A stretch of 45,680 nucleotides of DNA from Acinetobacter phage vB_AbaM_AB4P2, in sequence record OR544125.1. The stretch is one strand, 5' to 3'. This document shows positions 42,452 through 45,680 of the stretch, in pieces (position 1 is the first letter of the stretch; each line of letters begins with the position of its first letter). A model generated the notes under the pieces. That model worked only from the letters and a program-made list of their open reading frames with translations. It was not told the DNA's origin and made no database searches. The position numbers and the translations under genes were made by a program.

Positions 42452-42598
42452 ATGAAAATCAAAAATCGTGAAGAATTTGAAGATGCACAAGCTATGGCGC
42501 GCATTGCAGTTGAGCGCACAAACAACAGCATTCCTGCCGAAGCATTCTGGAACGCAGCAATGCAGGCTTTAATCTCAGCGTATGGTTTAAGCAAATGA
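42452..42598 (+). CDS. Early small protein (48 aa).
   Basis: ATG after RBS gagggtgaag. MKIKNREEFEDAQAMARIAVERTNN... Confidence 0.35.
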   Translation: MKIKNREEFEDAQAMARIAVERTNNSIPAEAFWNAAMQALISAYGLSK

Positions 42599-42778
42599 CA
42601 GGCGCATCACTCGAACTTATCGCCAGCATGGTTATCGTGGCGTTCATTATCATCGCAGTAGCAGTTTCAAAATCAGGGTATAAGGAGTAACGGAATGAGC
42701 AACTGGCATAACGAACACATCATGCAGTGGTATCGCCGTCGCATTAAGGCAATCATTAACTCTTATGAGGTTTAACAA

Positions 42779-42961
42779 ATGGCAAAGACTATCTATCGCC
42801 GCGAGAAACTGGAGCAAGAACTCGGACGCGTTGGCGCGCAGAACTTCATGAGCAAGCAGGCACGCAATGCAATGGAATCAATCCGTGTAAATCGCGTTGT
42901 GCGCGTGTTTAATGGTGAAGGTAAGCGCAGAGTAATGGATGAGCTGATTATCGTATTCTGA
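42779..42961 (+). CDS. Early small basic protein (60 aa).
   Basis: ORF in the early cluster. Two tiny ORFs (42595..42690 and 42695..42775) precede it. Confidence 0.3.
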   Translation: MAKTIYRREKLEQELGRVGAQNFMSKQARNAMESIRVNRVVRVFNGEGKRRVMDELIIVF

Positions 42962-42997
42962 CCTCGATTCAGCGCTCTTATTTTTAATGGTGACGAT

Positions 42998-43237
42998 ATG
43001 GCAAAAGTGAAAACATATGAGTTCTGGTTTTGCACGAGCATATTTTGCAAAGTACGCAAAAACATAAAACGCGCTCACTGGTGGAATAAGCCTATTCTAT
43101 TGGCTCTTTACACTGTGACAGCAAAGTGCAAATTCAAAGCGATTGACATCACCGATGAGGATGCGCTCAAAATCGCAAAGATTGAGTTTGAAGAAGATGG
43201 TTATTACGAAGAAATTATGGGGTTAGGATATGAGTAA
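42998..43237 (+). CDS. Early protein (79 aa). Its N-terminus MAKVKTYEF is paralogous to the next gene.
   Basis: ORF with a Cys/Lys-rich N-terminal half and an acidic C-terminus. Confidence 0.35.
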   Translation: MAKVKTYEFWFCTSIFCKVRKNIKRAHWWNKPILLALYTVTAKCKFKAIDITDEDALKIAKIEFEEDGYYEEIMGLGYE

Positions 43238-43511
43238 GGTTAAAACATACGCAGTAAACTGCAACGACGCGTGGCTTAATACAGATGGAGATGACATCTC
43301 TGCCTCATATGTTAAGTATGCTGATTACGCAGCACTAGAAACTAAATGCGATGAGCTACTTGAAGAAATCAAAAACATGCAGGACCAAGCCCTTGATGAT
43401 GGGTGTCGAATTGCAGAGCTTGAAGAAGCTTTGCGAGATAAGCAGGCACTAATTCCTGATGAGTACGACACCGCCAACCAGCAATTCGAAAGCCTGGCTA
43501 AAAGTGAATAG
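43230..43511 (+). CDS. Early acidic coiled-coil protein (93 aa). Its N-terminus is MSKVKTYAV.
   Basis: Overlapping start. Strongly acidic, with predicted helices. Confidence 0.4.
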   Translation: MSKVKTYAVNCNDAWLNTDGDDISASYVKYADYAALETKCDELLEEIKNMQDQALDDGCRIAELEEALRDKQALIPDEYDTANQQFESLAKSE

Positions 43512-43568
43512 CTACCCGTTCATATTAATTATCAGTGCGCTCTATGTGGCGCACGCTTTAGTGGAGAC

Positions 43569-43682
43569 ATGTCAATGAATAACCACAAAAGACGCCGATA
43601 CACCACTGGCGCTAAAATATTCCTTGCTGTTTATGTGCTGGCACTGGTAGCAGCTATAGAAGGAGTGGTGCATTATGTTTAA
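43569..43682 (+). CDS. Small membrane protein (37 aa).
   Basis: MSMNNHKRRRYTTGAKIFLAVYVLALVAAIEGVVHYV. Its stop overlaps the next ATG. Confidence 0.3.
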   Translation: MSMNNHKRRRYTTGAKIFLAVYVLALVAAIEGVVHYV

Positions 43683-43995
43683 TCAATTAGCTGAGTTTTA
43701 TGAAGCATATTCCGACTGGATTGATGCTGGCGCACCAGAAGGTGAGCCATTTAGTCGTCGAGGCGGGCTTTGTGGTTCTGTTTTCCTATACGCAGCAATG
43801 AATGGATACCAAGTAAGTGAGAGGTCGGCGCTCCTGATGGTGATGCGAGTGCAGTTTGTTAAAGCTGGCCTTGACCGGAACTATCCGTTCAACAATAAGG
43901 ATAATCCATATGATGAGGAATCTATCAATGGAACAATTCACACCAACAAGAATCGCGTAGCATGGGTTAAAAGGGAGTGGCAGCATTATGTTTAA
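43675..43995 (+). CDS. Early hypothetical protein (106 aa).
   Basis: ORF with an overlapping start. No family recognised. Confidence 0.4.
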   Translation: MFNQLAEFYEAYSDWIDAGAPEGEPFSRRGGLCGSVFLYAAMNGYQVSERSALLMVMRVQFVKAGLDRNYPFNNKDNPYDEESINGTIHTNKNRVAWVKREWQHYV

Positions 43996-44137
43996 CGATA
44001 TTAGTGACGCAATGCAAAACATGTGGGAACGCTACTGGGATAGCATGAAGACGTGTCACTACATGATGGTACAGATAGGTAATTACATTGAGGTTGTGCC
44101 AGATAACGGCGTGCATGACATTAAGTGCATGTGTTAA
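43988..44137 (+). CDS. Early small Cys/His-containing protein (49 aa).
   Basis: ATG overlaps the upstream stop. MFNDISDAMQNMWERYWDSMKTCHYMM... Confidence 0.3.
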   Translation: MFNDISDAMQNMWERYWDSMKTCHYMMVQIGNYIEVVPDNGVHDIKCMC

Positions 44138-44153
44138 ACGAGGGATTATGCTA

Positions 44154-44327
44154 ATGCAAACGACTAAGCAAAAAGTTTGGCAACTCGCCAAACAACACGA
44201 ACTGGACGATTTCATCGCGAAGGTAGCAAAGACATTCCCTGATGCGCTTGAGATCGTTCATGTGCAGACGCGAACAGAAAATGCGTGGTGCTATGCTGGC
44301 AAGCGCAATAACGATGGTGTACAATAA
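44154..44327 (+). CDS. Early small protein (57 aa), last gene before the terminator.
   Basis: RBS gaggga lies 9 nt upstream. A terminator follows. Confidence 0.3.
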   Translation: MQTTKQKVWQLAKQHELDDFIAKVAKTFPDALEIVHVQTRTENAWCYAGKRNNDGVQ

Positions 44328-44371
44328 ACGCATAACCACTATTGCCTTCACTCATATCATCACCCAACCTT

Positions 44372-44398
44372 TAACCCGCTTGTGCGGGTTCTTTTTTG
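44372..44398 (+). terminator. Rho-independent terminator separating the early cluster from the packaging genes.
   Basis: aacccgcttgtgcgggttcttttttg. Confidence 0.7.
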
Positions 44399-44410
44399 CC
44401 ATTAACGCTA

Positions 44411-44422
44411 TGGTGTAGAATC
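44411..44422 (+). promoter_or_regulatory. Motif copy (tggtgtagaatc) upstream of terS. The identical variant precedes gene 9748.
   Basis: Plus-oriented motif 53 bp upstream of the terS ATG. Confidence 0.45.
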
Positions 44423-44474
44423 TGTTACAATATCGAATAACGGAAAAAAAGCGGAATATTGATAGGTTTTATCT

Positions 44475-44894
44475 ATGGCTAAAAAGCTATTCAGTAAAGA
44501 AAATCAACCACAAAACAAACGCGGGAAAGACAAGCGTAAGTTGCTCGTTGAAGCTCTTGAGAGAAAGGGATTTAGCGAAGAAAAGCTCTATGACACCATT
44601 GTTGAGATGGCGATGATTGAACGTGACACAGCAATGATGAAGGAACTTATCGTTCGATTCAGCCCACTGCCTAAACCGGTGGCACCTGTCTTTGAAGTTG
44701 ATTTTCCTGATGACGGAACTCCTGTCCAGAAGATTGATGCCGTCATCCGTGGCATAGCCGCTGGCGTCATACCAGTGGATATTGGCAAGACGTTTGCTGA
44801 AGTTATCAGGACAGGGCTGGATATTGCCGAAATAACAGAACTCGCCGCGCGCCTTGAGCGACTGGAGAAATTATTGGAGCAGCAGAATGCTTAA
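44475..44894 (+). CDS. terS: Terminase small subunit (139 aa).
   Basis: It lies immediately upstream of terL. It has a basic N-terminus (KRGKDKRK) and a helical/oligomerisation-like C-terminus. Positional plus compositional evidence. Confidence 0.6.
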   Translation: MAKKLFSKENQPQNKRGKDKRKLLVEALERKGFSEEKLYDTIVEMAMIERDTAMMKELIVRFSPLPKPVAPVFEVDFPDDGTPVQKIDAVIRGIAAGVIPVDIGKTFAEVIRTGLDIAEITELAARLERLEKLLEQQNA

Positions 44895-45066
44895 TGTTGA
44901 AAAATTATTTCTTGCGTTGATGGCTTTGTCAGTATTCCTGTCAATATCGGCTGGCACCATCCTTTCAAGCAATGGGCTACCTGATATGTGGGGCATCACA
45001 TTCTCTGGCATGATTATTATAAATGCCTACACCATTTTATTCATGGCCCTACGTCATGGCTCGTAA
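44888..45066 (+). CDS. Small hydrophobic ORF (59 aa) bridging the terS stop and the terL start.
   Basis: MLNVEKLFLALMALSVFLSISAGTILSS...MIIINAYTILFMAL has two hydrophobic stretches. It overlaps both neighbours, and the coding status is uncertain. Confidence 0.25.
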
Positions 45067-45680
45067 ACGACTCTCTGCACTGGCAATCGAAAAGCTGGAA
45101 GCGCAGATTGATGATGCAATGACAGATGTTGCAGAGTCTGCCATCTTCGGCATCTGCGACATGCAAAAGAACGTCATTAAGCGGTTAAGGATGACCGCTA
45201 CTGGAGTTGATGACGTGACCAATGCAACCACTCATGCCGACCACCTGATTCCAGCAAAGCTGGAGCGATTGCTTTACCCGAAGCCGTGGAAGGTTGTTTA
45301 TGGTGGCCGTGGGTCGGCAAAGACCCGCACAGTATCGACAATCCTTACCGAGTCGGCAAGGTTCAAATCAGAGCGTATCGGGTGCTTCCGCGAGATTCAG
45401 CAATCAATTGAAGACTCCAGCTATCAGGAGCTGGTGGACGAGATTGATCGCAAAGGAGAATCAAAAGAGTATCGTTGCATTGATGGCAAGATTACCCACA
45501 AGAAGACTAAATCAAAGTTCCGTTTCCGTGGTCTTTATCGAAACGTGACAGGGGTTAAGGGGTTTGCTGGTATCACGAAGGCATGGATTGAAGAGGCTGA
45601 AAACGTCAGTAGGGAATCATGGGATATTCTTGAGCCTACCGTTCGTAACCCCGGGGCTGAAATATGGGTGACATTCAACC
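45056..45680 (+). CDS. terL: Terminase large subunit, N-terminal ATPase part (continues at 1..924).
   Basis: MARKRLSALAIEKLEAQ... with Walker A KVVYGGRGSAKT. It is open to the end of the window, in frame with the ORF at 1..924. Confidence 0.85.
   Translation, partial: MARKRLSALAIEKLEAQIDDAMTDVAESAIFGICDMQKNVIKRLRMTATGVDDVTNATTHADHLIPAKLERLLYPKPWKVVYGGRGSAKTRTVSTILTESARFKSERIGCFREIQQSIEDSSYQELVDEIDRKGESKEYRCIDGKITHKKTKSKFRFRGLYRNVTGVKGFAGITKAWIEEAENVSRESWDILEPTVRNPGAEIWVTFN
45554..45680 (+). repeat. 127-bp exact direct repeat of window bases 1-127. This is terminal redundancy, i.e. an assembly overlap of a circular or circularly permuted genome.
   Basis: The base-for-base identity can be read directly from the sequence. 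Confidence 0.95.

Noticed and set aside
45554-45680. Terminal 127-bp repeat as a biological direct terminal repeat (DTR) of a T7-like or cos genome end.
   Set aside because: The repeat lies inside, and exactly preserves, the terL reading frame. With terS directly upstream, this points to an assembly overlap of a circularly permuted headful genome. It cannot be settled without read-end data.

Overview
This window is a complete tailed-phage genome written as a closed circle. Bases 1-127 are repeated exactly at 45554-45680, giving about 45.55 kb of unique sequence, and the large terminase reads in frame across the junction (45056..45680 joined to 1..924). The layout is siphovirus-like, all on the plus strand: terS, terL, portal, head morphogenesis, scaffold/protease-like, major capsid, head-tail adaptors, major tail protein with an Ig-like C-terminus, chaperone, a 789-aa tape measure, minor tail and tip proteins (including a gpK-like NlpC/P60), and a 630-aa tailspike. 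I recognised no integrase or repressor, so the phage is probably virulent on an enterobacterium. From memory only, the tailspike N-terminus and the architecture resemble Jersey/K1G-like (Guernseyvirinae) phages. Lysis genes sit among the head genes: a lambda R-like lytic transglycosylase, a two-TMD holin candidate, Rz, and an embedded Rz1 lipoprotein. The replication and recombination module lies on the minus strand: SSB with a DDIPF tail, a Sak4-like AAA_24 ATPase, a PD-(D/E)XK exonuclease, VRR-NUC, a DESH-box SF2 helicase with a Zn-ribbon, an HNH, a P-loop replication protein, and a plus-strand Zn-ribbon primase. I found no DNA polymerase. Seven CGTGGGG/CCCCACG iterons (plus two one-base-off variants, CGTGGGT and CCCACG) flank a 120-bp AT-rich block, a likely origin, between the replication operon and an early cluster of about ten small genes. 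The structural region is interrupted by antisense accessory islands, each framed by a rho-independent terminator and a recurring promoter-like 11-mer, TGRYGTAGAWT. I counted 19 copies of this motif, all intergenic and all oriented with the downstream gene. The most striking gene is a 178-aa fragment of the bacterial beta sliding clamp DnaN. It keeps the RYYLNG, DGRFPD and C-terminal VVMPMRL motifs of E. coli DnaN, but lacks domain I and half of domain III. It sits in a minus-strand island with an HNH-AP2 homing endonuclease, a DGQHR (DndB/DpdB-like) ParB-fold protein and an Ead/Ea22-like protein. Other notable genes: an antisense PAPS-reductase-family gene next to terL; a T5orf172 (GIY-YIG-like) protein with four tandem zinc-ribbon repeats; two paralogous HNH-AP2 endonucleases plus a third multi-Zn-ribbon HNH; and candidate counter-defence or exclusion genes (Tad2/DUF2829-like, Lar-like, Imm-like superinfection immunity, DUF551, DUF6378-like, and a small acidic DNA-mimic-like protein). 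All family assignments come from motifs read by eye and need HMM or BLAST confirmation.
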